This document shows, piece by piece, positions 23,500 to 36,950 of a DNA stretch of 64,000 bases. This DNA is from Sminthopsis crassicaudata. Its lineage: Eukaryota. The position numbers and the translations under genes were made by a program. The notes beneath the pieces were generated by a model that saw only the letters and a list, made by a program, of their open reading frames with translations, was not told the origin of the DNA and searched no databases. The stretch spans positions 112,321,105-112,385,104 of the forward strand of contig NC_133618.1 in NCBI RefSeq assembly GCF_048593235.1, in the 5' to 3' direction. The first letter of the stretch is position 1, and every line of letters begins with the position of its first letter.

Positions 23500-25010
23500 T
23501 TCTACCTCTATCCAACAACACTTGAATAGAAACAAGGTCTGGCAAAGTATGATTAGTGATGGGATAAAAAAGGAAAAGGTTTAAGGATGGAGAAGAGTAT
23601 CCAGCTGAAGTTTTTCATGAAGAGGTCAATATTGGAAGGGGAAGAAATTTCAAAGAAGAAGTGATGATCAGGGAAAGTACTAAAAGGGATAGAGGAATAA
23701 AAGGTCATAATGAGGACAGAGAATATATTTAGAGGTAATGAAGCAAATAAAAAGACATGGGATTATAAAAGGTTATAAAAAGATGGAGATTTTGATCATG
23801 AAATCTTCTACAAATGTGAAAGTCACCCCACAAAACTCTGACACCCCTTCCTTCCTTTCACAGCTTCAATGTCAGATATTTGGACTAACAAACTTTTGCA
23901 AATATGATTGGATCTCTTCTGTTTGTCTTTTCACTTTGAAGAGGACCCTTGATATAATGGGATGGATCTCTTGAGCATGAATTGGATTTAAATGAGGCAG
24001 AGTTACACTGTCTTCATTTTTTACTCTCTTCCAGAGTCATCAAAATCCAATGGCAAGATAAACGTCAAGATGATTAGTGATGGCCCAATATACAGTGAAT
24101 GACCTTCTATTTCAGTCCTTGCACTTTACAGAGCCTAATTCAGCTTCCTTCAGGGCCATTGGAATGAATGGTTCTTATCTTCCTATTCTGCGGGAGGGAA
24201 ATCTTCACATGCTTGAAGTAGATATCCCCTTAATTCACCAATGGGTCTGTTACCTTCAGTCTGGTTGAGCCCATCTGCTGAGATGGTTTTACCAATAAAA
24301 TAGCTTCTTGGAGCCAATAGTGAGAACTGGGTAAAAGGTAGACACTAAAGGTAGATGAGCAGTCCTGAAGAGGGATCGGCAAGCTCTCACACAAGAGATG
24401 CTGGTCCTCTCTGAACATCTCATATATTTCATTATACCTGTATCTAGTGAACATGATGCCAAGAAACTAAGCAAGAATTTAATCACAAAACATTTAATAA
24501 GAAAAAATAACAAAGTAAACAATAAAGAAAATCAAGTAATAAAATCATTCTCAGTCCCAACTCCAATATTAAAGGATTATAATCTCCTATAAATATTTAA
24601 GTATATACCCCACAGGACATGACAGGAGATAGGAACAAGGACAGAAGGGGGTCTGGACTTGGCAGGAAAAGACACCTCCTCACTAGAAAATGGAACAAAG
24701 GAAGAGAAAAATGGCTAGACATGTAGAGAAAGTTTAAGGAATGAAATAGGAGTGGGAAAAGTTCTGATGGCAGATGCCTTATTCTCAGTTAAGTAGGAGT
24801 CAGTCATCCTTCAAGAGACAGGGTGAGATGGCACAGGGTACTTAAGGAAAAAGTGAAGGCTTAGAACATTCACTATATGGACCACAGTAGAGAATCAGTC
24901 AAAGAATGAGAGTATTGCCATTTTTCAATGACTTGGCAGTAGATAAAAATGTATAGGTGACATAGTCAGCACTGCTACAGGGCCTCATCCAGAAGTAAGA
25001 ACAATATGGG
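23500..25010 (-). mobile_element. Degraded L2, interrupted by an RTE-type fragment
   Basis: Purine-rich antisense L2-like sequence on both sides of 23910-24425. Confidence 0.4.
23910..24425 (-). mobile_element. RTE-clade LINE/RTE-SINE relic (marsupial type)
   Basis: TTTGAAGAGGACC...GAATTGGATTTAAATGAGGCAGAG...CCAGAGTCATC...CCAATGGCAAGA resembles recalled marsupial RTE sequence. Confidence 0.55.
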
Positions 25011-25599
25011 ATTAAGAACAGAGAAAGTAAACTACACAATCTCAGAATTTTAGAATCAGAAGAGATCTCATTGTCCATCTAATTAAACCTTTACCTAAAG
25101 ATATCCACCAAATCTTCATCCACTGTCAGTGATTGTGAAAGTAGGAGCTTGTAATACACAGCAAATCTTAAATTCATGGAGCCTATAAAAGCCACCATGC
25201 CTGATAAATGAGAGGATTAAGTGCTTGAGGACAGGATAAAGCAGCTTATGTAACGTAATGTAATGGTGCTGTGTAATGTTCCAGGGTTAGTCAAAATCTT
25301 CCACCAATGTTTAATTTTTCAAACCATAATTTTGAGTCAATGTTTCTTTTGCTTTGCTAGGGAAGAGGAGTGTTGGTACTATTATTTAATTTCACAGGAG
25401 TATCAACACTGCAAAATGAGGAGCAAATATGGTTAAATAAGTAGAAAAATCATTTATTAAATGCTAATATGAGTAAGGCATTTTGCTAAGCAATGAGAAT
25501 ACAACTAGTGAAAGGAAAGGAAGTGATTAAATATTTATTAAACATCTACTATTAAGCAATGCTATTAAACATCAATTACTGGTGCCAGACACAGCTTTT

Positions 25600-26020
25600 T
25601 CTTTTTTTTGTTGTTGTTGTTCTTTTAAATTTAAATTTTATTTTCACTTCCAAATTCTCTCCCTTTCCCTTTCTCATTCACTGAGAATGCAAGAAAAATA
25701 ACACAATATAAATATGTATAATGATGCAAAACAAATTTTCATATTAATCATTCTCTCCCCTAAAATGGCATGAAAAACAAAGAAATAAAAGAATACATGC
25801 TTCAATCTGCACCCTGAGTCCATTAATTAATTGATTATTTGGTTGTGGGTATCATGTTTCACCATGAATCTTTTGAAATTGTAGTTGGTCATTGTGTTGA
25901 TCAGTTAATAAGTCTTTCAAAGTTGTTTATATTTGCTATGTTGAAGCTATTTTATAAATTGTTCTGGTTCTAATCACTTCATTTTTTTTTTTTTTTTTTT
26001 ATGAATTCAAACAAGTTGTA
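25600..26020 (-). mobile_element. Old marsupial L1 3' end
   Basis: T-rich start, TCCAAATTCTCTCCCTTTCCC, GCTTCAATCTGCACCCTGAGTCCAT, AAATTGTTCTGGTTCT. Confidence 0.65.
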
Positions 26021-26179
26021 CTAGGTACCTTGCTGACCTCCACAAGATCCAGGCCATCTGAACATATGCCTATCTTTCCCAACCCTTTCCAGTTTCCCTT
26101 TACAATTTTTTTCCTCCATTAGAATGTAAACTCTTGAAGACAAAGACCATCTAATTTGCCTCCATTTTTATTCTCAGAA

Positions 26180-26470
26180 TTTTTCAGTAGGACCAAAATG
26201 ACATCACTATGTTAGAGTCAACTTATGATGTGTCCAACTGTGGCTGATCAGATAAATATGAGCTCAGAATGTCCACCACAAGTCAGGCACAAATAAATAG
26301 TCCATGGAATATTTGGATGTATTCTTTAAATTTGCACATCTCACATTTCTTTTGAACTACTTCAATTCTTTTTGCTCATAGAGCACAGTGCTTTGACGCA
26401 GATACACCATGTTGGGCAGTCCTTTACCAATGTCTGCATGTCATATAATTCCAATTCCAAAGCACATAAG
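26180..26470 (-). mobile_element. RTE LINE 3' fragment
   Basis: GTGTCCAACTGTGGCTGATCAG...GCTCATAGAGCACAG...GGGCAGTCC resembles the antisense RTE 3' end. Confidence 0.6.
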
Positions 26471-27557
26471 CACTTACAGTAAATATTCACTTATCTAACT
26501 TTCTATCTTTTAGTATCTAACTAGCATCTAAATACCCTTCTAGTATTCTTGAACATTCAGTTCAATAGGGATAATACCAGTGCTTCTAGAGCACAGACCT
26601 GGGGTCCTTTATTCTACTTTTAGCACTCCCCCTAAAACATCTATTATGACTTTAAGTTTCCCAAGAGACCCAATGGCCTACAGGACTATCATAATATACT
26701 TATTAGTGCTTTCTGTAGCTTGAGACTTTAAAAGAACAATGGCAAAAGAGAATTTCTATGAATTGTTCTGAGAGCTCTAGGGGATTCTTTATGCATTTTC
26801 ATTCAGCTAGAGTCCAAAAGCAGAAAACTTAGGAAGCAGAACCCACAGGGAGATTTATCTGGGGATCCAGACTGTAGAAAAAGAATAGCTTTTGTTTCAG
26901 TCCAGACCTCATAAAGTCACAGTTCAGGCAATGATCAATTCACCTTTATGATTTTGTTTTGTTTTGGTTTTAATTCAACTTGTATAAGTGATCACAGTCC
27001 CCTGTTAGGAGAGTTTTATGCTGCATAATTTTCTTAGAATGAACAAATATGCTAAATATGTTCTCTTTGGTTTTTTTGAAGAAATATAAAATAATATAAC
27101 TTTTGCATGAAATGTCAAGCATTGTAAATTTCTGTGTGTTTAAGCTTAGCTGGGATTTATCCAAAAGGAAATAATTGTTTCTATTTTTTTCTTAAAAAGA
27201 AACCAAACCAAAAAAAAAAAAAAAATCATTCGACTTAGGTTGTGGGGTGGAGACTTGGGGAAAGGGAGTTGCAAAAACCTATTTTCTTAACCTAATCTTT
27301 GAGGCCTAAACACTGTCCTGTAGTCAAATCTGCTTAGTTTGAAGAGGTAAGAAAAAAGTAAAAACCTATTTTAAGAACCACAATGCACAAACTTACTTTT
27401 TAGGAAAACAAATTCAACAGGGTTCTAGATGATAATGGGCAAGGGAAGATTTAGTTCCTTAGTTATTTCAAGAGCTGAACCTCTTGGTTTTCTGTGCCTC
27501 GCTAAACTAGTTACTCTGAGGAAGTTTGAATTAACAAAAGAAAAAAAAAAAAACCAT

Positions 27558-27717
27558 CAGCTGTATAAAAGGCAGAGCTGCTGCAATATCCTCTTATCAG
27601 AAAAAAAGAGACAAGGAATAAAATTTTCGGCTTTAGGAACAAACAGTAAATCATTTATGCAAGAGAGATTTGTGAGAGAAAACGTTGCATCATGACACAT
27701 AAATAAAATACTGACAG
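27558..27717. promoter_or_regulatory. Candidate enhancer/promoter island
   Basis: CAGCTG (27558-27563) abutting TATAAAAG (27564-27571); GATA site CTTATC (27593-27598); PBX-HOX GTAAATCA (27646-27653); MEIS TGACAG (27712-27717); unique sequence with locally more CpGs. Confidence 0.35.
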
Positions 27718-28409
27718 TGCAATATTAAAATGGATGTCTCTCGCTCAAGAGTAAAAAACCAGCTTTAGGCTGGTTGAAGGGCACAGAATCCTTCGTGACC
27801 TGTATCCTGACCAGCAGATAGAACTTGGCTTCTACTTCATACTTCACAGGATTTTCAGAGGAAACACATGTTGTGAGAGAGATTTCTGTCTAAAGGGAAC
27901 CAGACTCAGGTCCACCAAGATTATTCTACAGGCCTGTTCACAGGAAGAATAAAAGGTCATGGTAGAAGTTCAAACATAAAGGATGAAGTTTATCTGTTTA
28001 TTCTCTTTCTTGCCAACTGCTACATTGGTGCCAAAATTGTGAAATGCTACATTCCCGGGTGTCTTGTCTACATATGAACCCCCAGGATTCCAAAACTTAT
28101 ATCCCAACTTCTGTCCTTCCTGACTGTTGTAAGGGTCTAAAAAATTTCCAACCCAGATTTGCCTTCCTTTATAAACCCTGCCCTGACCATCCCAGATTGA
28201 ACCTCTAAAAAAAACAAACAAACCCAAAATCTATACAATTAATTCATCTGAAAATTAATCATGAACTGTCTTACTTTGTCTCTCTTATTATTGTATGTAG
28301 CTATAATTTAAATATTTACTTGTTATTTATTTTTTCTGGTTTTTGTCATCTCTCCAGCTATGTATTTATATGCCACATAGCAACATGATTTAACCTTCAA
28401 AGTAGGAAC

Positions 28410-30200
28410 TATTTCAGTTAATCAACTAGCATTTATGCCAAGTACTAGACATTCTGCTAAATTTGTAATGAAAGGCAAAAACAGTTCTTGCCTTCAAGAA
28501 GCTCATATTCTAATGACAAAGGCAATATTTAATATCTAATTACATACAAGATATATAAATAGAGTGTATAGAAGATAAATTCAAAGGGGAAGGCATTAAG
28601 GGAACTCAAAAAGGCTTTCTGCAGAAGGGAGAATTTGAGCTGAATTGTGAGGGAAACTAGATTTGGAGATGAGGAGGAAGATGATTCTAGTCTTGGTGGA
28701 CAGCATTGAAAAGACAGAACCAATACCTTCTGTGTAGGAAGAATGGCAAATAAGCTAGAGCACAGAATGCATGGAGAGAAGAGAAATATAAGAAGAGCAG
28801 AAAGGTAGAAAATGGCAAGGTTAAGAAGAGCTTTAAATAGCAAACAAAGGATTTTAGATTTGATCTTGAAGATAATAGGGAACCATTGTATTCTACTGAG
28901 TAGGAGAGCAACATGATCAGACCTATGCTTTCGGAAAGGCACTTTGGCAACTGACTGTAGGATGGAATGAAATGTGGTGAAAGTTAAGACAGGGAGGCAA
29001 ATTAGAAAGCTATTAAAAAGGGTAGAGAAGTGAGTGAGAGGAGATAATAGGACTTATATAAAATTTTAAAATAGAAATAAGATATGACAATGGACTGGGT
29101 ATGTAGGGCAATTAAGGATGGGACTGAGGATGCAATACTGAATGACTGGAAGGACGGTATTACCCTTGACAATAATAGGAACATTTGGAAGAATAGAAGG
29201 TTTGGGGGGGGAAAAGAAAATGGACATATTGAGCTTGAGATACCTATGAACATGTATTTGAGCTGCCTAAAAAGTAGCTGATGATATGAAATTGTAGCTC
29301 AGAAAATAAAGACTTGGATATATAAATGTAGGAATTATGTATAAAAAGATGATTAATGAAAGTTGATGAGATCACCAAATGAAATTGCAAAAAATCAAAA
29401 CAATACCTTGGGGAATGCCCACAATTAGTAGGCATGACATGGATTAGGAACCAACAAATGAGACTGATAAAGAGAATTTAGCTAGATAGGATAGAGAGAT
29501 GGAAGAAGGAAAAGAAGAGAAAAATGTCACCAAAAAAACTAGAGATGAGAGAATATGCATGATAAAAAAAAAGTAATCAACAGTGTAAAAGCTTTTAGAA
29601 AAATTAAGGATACAAATTGGGAAGAGTTTATTAAATTTGACAATTAAGAGATCTTTAATGACTTTGAGAAAAGCAACTTCAGTTAAATGAGATCTTAGCC
29701 AGATTACAGAGGATTTAGAATAGAATGAGAGAAAAGAAAATGGAGCAGTCAAGTGAAGGCAATTTCAGAGTTTACCATAAAAGAGAGAACAAAAGCCAAT
29801 GGAGAAGATAGATCAAGGTAGTAGTTGTTTTTTGATGATGGAGAGGAGTGAGCATGTTTCAGGAATCAGGGGAGTCAATACATAGGGAAAGGTTGAAGAT
29901 AAGAAAGATAAGATAAGAAAATAGAGACAATCTGCTGCAGAACATGGAAAGCAATGGGAACAAAAGAGTATGTCATGGGGTTTAATCTTGTCAGGGAGAA
30001 AGGTTACTTCTTCATCTGAGACCAAAATGAAGAAGAACTAGTGGGAATTGATGTTAGGGGGATGTGAAATGGGGAGAAGAAGAAAATTTTGACATGACTA
30101 CTGAAGTATAAGGTGAGATCCTCAGCCAATAGGGGAGGTGGGGTAAAGAAGAAAGGTTTTGGGAATAATCTAGAGTTGATAGTTGACTGGACATGACTGG
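28410..30200 (-). mobile_element. Long L2 relic (3' end at left)
   Basis: GTTAATCAACTAGCATTTAT tail, CCTTCAAGAAGCTCATATTCTAATG, ATTTGAGCTGAATTGTGAGG and antisense RT segment TAAATTTGACAATTAAGAGATCTTTAATGACTTTGAGAAAAGC. Confidence 0.75.
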
Positions 30201-30484
30201 CAATAACTCCATGACTGGAAGATGACACCCAATTCAAGAGTAGGTGATGCACTTCTGAGCCATGTGACCCTGGGCAAATCACTTAACCCCAAGCTCCACA
30301 GGAAAAATAAATAAATAAATACAAAGAGTACTTGATAAGTGTTGATTTAAATTGTAATTTAAATTGTACTTGTAGTTAGAGAGGAGAAGTAGGTCATGGG
30401 AAATGGAAGTACCTAAGTTAAGTACCTAAGAAACTTGAGGATATTCTTCCTGTTCATCTTGCATATTCAGCCTTAGCCACCCAT

Positions 30485-30682
30485 CCTTATAAGGATTAAA
30501 AAAAAAAAAGTTAGTTCCTCTATTTAGGACAATGTGCAGAACTCAGCTGCTTGGCCAGCCAGGTTTCCATAGACCAAACAGAGCTCAGGTTCAAAGGCAG
30601 GTGTCAGTTGACATGCTGGAGGGTTACAGATAATACTGTTTATATAAATGGATTTTCTTTACTATGATCTCATGTCCAGGTG
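30485..30682. promoter_or_regulatory. CArG box plus E-box cluster (possible muscle-type enhancer)
   Basis: CCTTATAAGG (30485-30494); CAGCTG 30544, CAGGTG 30598, CAGTTG 30605, CAGGTG 30677; between two L2 relics. Confidence 0.25.
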
Positions 30683-31529
30683 CACCTAAAGGAAAAGGGG
30701 GAAGTGAAAGAATGGAAGGAGATTGGGCCAAGTTAGGGTACTAGAGCCAACGGGACAGGGAGAAGCCTGAATGAGAGTATTTGGACCTGCTAGTTAGGCA
30801 AATCCTAGCAGTAATTACAATCTGGTTGAATAAAATGAAATAGAGATCACTTTCCTTCAAGTATTTCTGACAGAAAGAAAGGGAAACAAAAGCAGAATCT
30901 TTAGGAATAGTATCACATGGTAGACACGTGGAGTCAGGACCTGGGGAAAGAGAGATTCTAATGTTATTGTAATGACCTCTAAAGAGACTAGAGCAGTCTA
31001 GAGAAGAGTATATTTCTTTTAGTTTTCACACTAGACATTCTGTATCTCCCTTCTTATCCCCTTTTAGACTTGTTATCAATCTTAAAAACCATTTCTTCCT
31101 GTCCTTCATCTTCTCTTCTCTAGTCTCTGGGTGAGAGTAAAAGGGATGGGTCCTTTCCATCGTGCTGCATGATTTCTCCTCCCTGATTTCCAATTCCCTT
31201 TGGGGAAAAAAATGACCATTTCATCTTACCAGTCTCATGAGAAGAGAGTGACATACCATCAAGTTTTCTACTTTGGTCTCTTGCTTTGTAAAAGGAGAGT
31301 ATCATAACTTCTCCCATTCCAAGTTCTTGTCCCCTTGTCTAAAATGCACAAGGTTCTAAAAGGACTCTACCTAAAGATGATGATACCATTTACTTGAAAA
31401 TTCTCCCTAATGATCACTGAATGATTAGCAAACTCCAATCTAGGTATATTCTTCACAGCTGGCTGACTCTGGGAATCATCTGTGGTTCCTATCTCCTATC
31501 ACTCTCTCTTCTTCACCAAAGCTCAACTA

Positions 31530-32875
31530 AATGCTACCTATCTTTCCCACTGTGCATTCTGGTCCATAGTCAACAAACGTGAATTCATTTTGAATTTCTA
31601 ACATTTCTGTCTCTCAGTGAAACCTAGCTCTTTCCTGATGACTTAGCCTCCTTGGCCATCTTTTCTAGCATTGGCTACATTTTTGTTCATTCTCTTCAAC
31701 TCATTGGTTGAACTGAGGGATTTGGGACACTCCTTGCTCCCAATGGACTCTTCAGGAGAAGAGTGGTAGGACTCTTCTCCTTCTACCACTATTAGCCAAT
31801 AATCTCTTCTTCTTTAAGATTTATGCAATCCACACTCACCATGTAATAGAAATTCTGAAAGCTGTTGTCTATAGAGCTCTAGAAGATTTTTTCTTCCTTC
31901 CTCAGTATATAGGTCATAATCTTTCTCTGCTCCCCATCTTCTGCCCTCATACTTGGGTGCTTCAATATACATATTATTTTTTCAAACACCTTAACTTCCT
32001 GGTTCCCTCACCTATCCATTTCCCATGACCTACTCTTGCACTCCACCTTAGCTATACACAAAGATGATCATTCCCTTAATCTTGAGATCACTCACAAATG
32101 CATTACTTCCATATTCTGAAATTCCCTTATTTGATCACACTCTATTGGCTTTCTATCTCTTCTTTTGTCTTCTAGTGCCAAATCTCTGCTCTTCATCCAC
32201 ACCAATACCTTTATCCCTCAGTACTCTCCCAGGCATTACCACTGTACCAGCCACCCTCTTTTCCTTTCCCCATCTTGACACCTTGGTGAACCAGTTCCAT
32301 CCTATAAAGTACTCTTCTCTTGAGTCCCTTGCACATTGCCTTATCACATTGCCAGTTGTGTCCTCCCAAGCCTCAGATCTGGATCACTCTCACTATGTGC
32401 TGCCTTTGTTCTTACATATATGCTGCTGAACAAAGGTGTAGGAAATCACACAACCATTTGGACTGGGTCCACTACAAACATGTTACATAACTTTAGTCCT
32501 TCACAGATGCTAGGCAATCCTTCTACACCTCCCTAATTAACTCATTATTATCAAATTGACTGTTCTAAACTTTCCTCATCCCTCCTCAAACCTTCTATGA
32601 CTTCCCTACTCCCAACTTCTGAGCTAAAAGTATCATTTCATATTTTTCTGAAAAAATGGAAGCCATCCATTAAAAGATCTCTTTTACTTTCTCATTTCCT
32701 GTCATACAGCTGCCTTCTGCCACTCCTCCTTCACCTCTGCTTATATGAATAGGAGGTTTTTCTCCTTGCCAAATCAGACCCTTCTATCTATGCAAGTGAT
32801 CTCATTCAATCTCATCTCCTCGAACAAATTGTTCCCAATATAATCTCCACTCTATATTTGTCTCTCCTTGTCTAC
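31530..32875 (+). mobile_element. L2 ORF2 relic including endonuclease-region sequence
   Basis: TGTGCATTCTGGTCC...CTCAGTGAAACCTAGCTCTTTCCTGATGAC (degenerate ETWL motif) and CATACTTGGGTGCTTCAATATACAT (degenerate GDFN motif); frameshifted. Confidence 0.65.
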
Positions 32876-33424
32876 CAGTAAGTTCCCTGGGCAATAGGGA
32901 ATATGATCTGGAGACATTTGATAAATGTTTACTGACTGATTAAATATCCCCACTTCCTTCAACTTTAGTATTCATATGACTCAACATCCTTATTATATTT
33001 GTTATCATCTCCTTAATTCTCTCAAGCTGACCAATATCCTTAAAATGGAGGGCTGATTACTAAACTAAATATTCCAGATATGATCTGACCACTTCTAGGT
33101 CATTACTAGATATTCAGATATTTAGATAAATAGAGAATGTTAGAACAAGAGGAGAAATTAGAAAGAGAAAAAAAACCCCAACATGTTTTTTAAGTACATG
33201 TTTTGAGCCAACCACTGTTCTATGTTCTGAAGATAAAACTTCAGCTAAATCAAGACAGTTCTGTTTCCCAGAAGCTTAAATTCTGGTAGAGGGAGACAAC
33301 ACATGAAGGGAAATTACAAACTGGAACCAGGGAGAGGTTAAGAGAACCAGCATGTCATGAAGATGTCTGCTGAGTGAGATCATGGTTGGATCCAGGCTAA
33401 TCCAATCAGCCCACAGCGGTTCTA

Positions 33425-34160
33425 GAGTTAATTCAATAAACATTTATTAAGTGCCTACTATGCACCAGACACTGTGTTCTTAGTGGTAGGGATACCAAAA
33501 AAAAAGGGCAAAAGATAGTCCCTGACTTCAAAGAGCTTATAATCTAATGGAGGAGGACATACAAATGAATATATGCAAAGCAAGCTACATACAGGAAGCT
33601 ACAAATAGGAAGCAATTACAAAAGGGAAAGGACTGGAATTAAAAGAGGTTAGAGAAGGCTTCCTGTAGGATGTGGGATTTTAATTGGAATTTAAAGAAAT
33701 CCTAGGAAGTTAGAAGTTGAAGTGGAGGAGAGGGAGCATTTTGGGCATAGGGAACAGCTAAAGAAAATGTCTGGAGGTAAGAGAAAGAGTATCTTTTTCC
33801 ATGGAACAGTGAGGAGGCCAGTGTCACACAGTATTTAGGAGTAAGTGTTGAGAAGTAAAATGTAAGAAAGCTGGAAAAGGAGGAGGAGACTAAGTAATAA
33901 AGGGCTAAATAGCATGTATTTGCTCCCAGAATCAATAGAACCCTATAGGAGGCCACAATAGATATTGAGTTGGGGATGGGGAGGGAAGGGTTACATGACT
34001 GCACCTGCATTTTAGGGATATTAGAAGCAGACAGATCCATTAGAAGGTTATTGCAATGACCCAGGTGTGATGTGAGGGATTGCCCTAAGAGAGATGCCAG
34101 CATCACAAAAGAGAAGAGGGAGAGTTTCTGAGAGGTGTTGCGAAGACAGAGCCCAAGAAT
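33425..34160 (-). mobile_element. L2 3' end
   Basis: TTCAATAAACATTTATTAAGTGCCTACTATGCACCAGACACTGTG is the antisense L2 tail. Confidence 0.8.
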
Positions 34161-34906
34161 TAAAGCTACAGACCCCATCTTGATTTTCTGAGATAACATA
34201 TATGTAACTGCTAAGAGTACATAAAGGCACTTATTTCAGGGAGTTTCCCAAATTACCCCGATAATCTTAACAGGAATTTGTCCAGGACTTTTTAAAGCAC
34301 ATCTTCCAGAATAGTGTGGATACCTTGTTAAAAAGATAACGATAATTCCAAATTAGACTCCAATGACTAATACTGCCTCTCCCCACTGCCCCCCAAGATG
34401 ATTTGTTCAGCCAAAACTTTTTGGAGTTGTGTTAATCTATTAAAAACAAAAAAAGCTGGAAGTTTACTTACTCCTTTGCTTTCTGCCTATGCAAGAGACA
34501 GACCAGAGTACAGCAGAAGTGACTGGATTGGGATGGAGTAGGGAGAATTTTTTACATGAACATAATCTTCTCTTATCCTGGAGCCATTAGTGGCAGCCTT
34601 GAAATATATCGAAGGACCAAGTGTGAGCTGAATATACCTGTGCTTTAGGCCCAAAAGGAAAGTTCATGGACAAAGTTCTTCAACTTCTGCCTCCTAGTTA
34701 GAGGGGGAGGTAAATTTCCTAGGCAATGTAATTCTGGAATCTTGCCTTCTGGCAGAGAAAGGAGATTTTTTTAAAAAAAGTAATATTAGCCTTAGGGATT
34801 TCCTCATGAGTAATCCCAAGTTCAAGAGTTCAGAAATCTGACAATTTGCAGAAAGGAGAGCTTCTAAGTAGCATGCCTCTTGGAGAAAGAAGAGTATCAT
34901 TTATGC

Positions 34907-35104
34907 CCTAGCTTCCTAAACTGTGGTTCCTGATCCCATATGGAGGAATCTTATAACTGAATGTGGGGTTTCAAGATTATGATTTAATATCAGTAAATAT
35001 TTGGTTTATATATCGATTTCATGTATCTATATATCTGGGGGGGGTCTTGTTAAAATTTCTAGGATAAAAAAGGATTGCAAGTAGAAAAAATTTAAGAAGC
35101 TTTG
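34907..35104 (+). mobile_element. hAT-Charlie-type MITE
   Basis: Degenerate terminal inverted repeats (CCTAGCTTCCTAAACT / AATTTAAGAAGCTTTG); 8-bp flanks ATTTATGC / ATCTATAC match 6/8. Confidence 0.6.
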
Positions 35105-36299
35105 ATCTATACCCATCATTGGAGAAAGGAAATTCTAGTATGCTCTTAAAAAAAGAAAAGAATGGACTGTATAGTCTTGTGACTGAAAGATATGTTAGGG
35201 GACTAAAACTAACATATGGAGGAGCAACATATCAGAATGTTGCCAAGCCCCATAATTACAGTGAATTGTCAGCCACCAAAGTTTCACCATGAAGGAGACT
35301 GCGTGTTTAGAAGTCCCAAAGTATATTTGACTTCCAGAGGAATTTAAAACACAAGAGCACTACAAGTCTTGGGGGGTTCCACATGTAAATGAGGGATTTC
35401 ACCAGAATTCAATTTGATTCTTCAACTAGCATTTACTAGGCATCTGTGATGTGTATATTATATACTGTGTACAACATACATTCGTGGTACAGCAATGAAA
35501 ATGAGACTGTAAGGAGAACACATCTGGTAATACCAAGTTCAATTTCCTTTTGAGGGTAATTTCTATGTGTACTTTATGTCTTTTATGCTTTTTCTTATGG
35601 GCCTAATGGAATCCTTTTCACCTTTTGCATATTTTTTGGAGTAAAATAAAGGTTGCCTTCCATCCCATATGCATTGTTACCTAATACTCATATAGGAGCT
35701 AGGGACTTAGCTATGTTTGTGGAAATACACACAAATTAGACATAAACTATATTCAGAATATATCCCAGAATAAACCTTAGGTGGAGGCATAATAAGTCAT
35801 AAGGGAGGGCCAATGATCTTATTTGGATCAGCCTTTAGGAGCAAATTCAGTCAATGTAAATCTTACTTTTAAGTGGCTCTGGGCCATGTGTTTCATTTGC
35901 AGCCTCCTAATTCAAAGCAAAGTATTTTACTCACAACAACCACTCAATAGATATTTTTATACATTGTGATTACATATAAATAAATTGGTCTATTTGAATT
36001 GACCAACCATTTCAGTCAACATGTTTGATTGTAGGCAATCAAACTTTTTTTGGTAAACATGCTTTTCTTCAAATGATAGGATTGTGTAAACTGAATGAAA
36101 TAACAAAATGCTTTAGGGATAGTGATTTCTGTGACCTTCCTCCTCATTTCTTTGTATTTATTCTGCATATATTGTGTAACCACTTAGCTGGGTACATGTT
36201 TCTGTCCAGAAGAACATAGGCTCCTTGAGGGCAATATAGTAGGGACAACAAATATTTCTTGAGTTGATTGAAATTTATCATTCAAAAAGAATATTGTGG

Positions 36300-36950
36300 G
36301 ACTATTAATTCTTCCTTCTTGAATTTCGTGCCTCTCTTAACAGCCTAAGATGACATTAACTTTCTTAATTGCCTTACCATCCTATTGACTTATATTAAGC
36401 TGATAGTCTACCAAACCTCCCAGATCTTTTTAAAATTACTAAAAATCTTAAATTGTGAGCTCCTTGAGGTACCATTTTGCCTTTTTTTTTTTTTTTTTTG
36501 GTAGTGTCTCCAGCATGTAGCACAATGCCTAGTACATAGAAATTGCTTACTGATTGATTTTTGGAAAGACCTGTTCCATTTTACATTTCTGAAGTTGATT
36601 CTTTTGAAATAAAGTATATTATTTTCTGAACCTTTCTCTATTCTCTCATATAGAATGTAAAAAGGCATGGGACCCTGACTACATTGAATTAAAAGCTGCC
36701 TCTCCACACTTACTACCCACTACTACTAATTTTGTCTTCTAAAACCAAACAGAGCACATTTAATCCCTTTTTAGATTCCAGTCTACATCAAGTCCCCTGA
36801 ATATACACTTTTTGCCAACATCTTCCCCCCAAATTGAACACAATGCTCTATGAGATCTAATTATGGCACAATACAATGTCAATTTCCTTGTTCTGGTCAC
36901 TATACTTCTCTTAATGTGGCCAAAAATTGAATAAGCTTTTTTTGACTGTT
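36300..36950 (-). mobile_element. CR1/L3 fragments with a short L2 tail inserted
   Basis: CAGCCTAAGATGACATTAACTTTCTT and CTAATTATGGCACAATAC resemble antisense L3. Confidence 0.4.

Noticed and set aside
28410-32875. One L2 with an internal inversion
   Set aside because: The antisense and sense pieces appear to include the same consensus segment, so they are more likely two copies.
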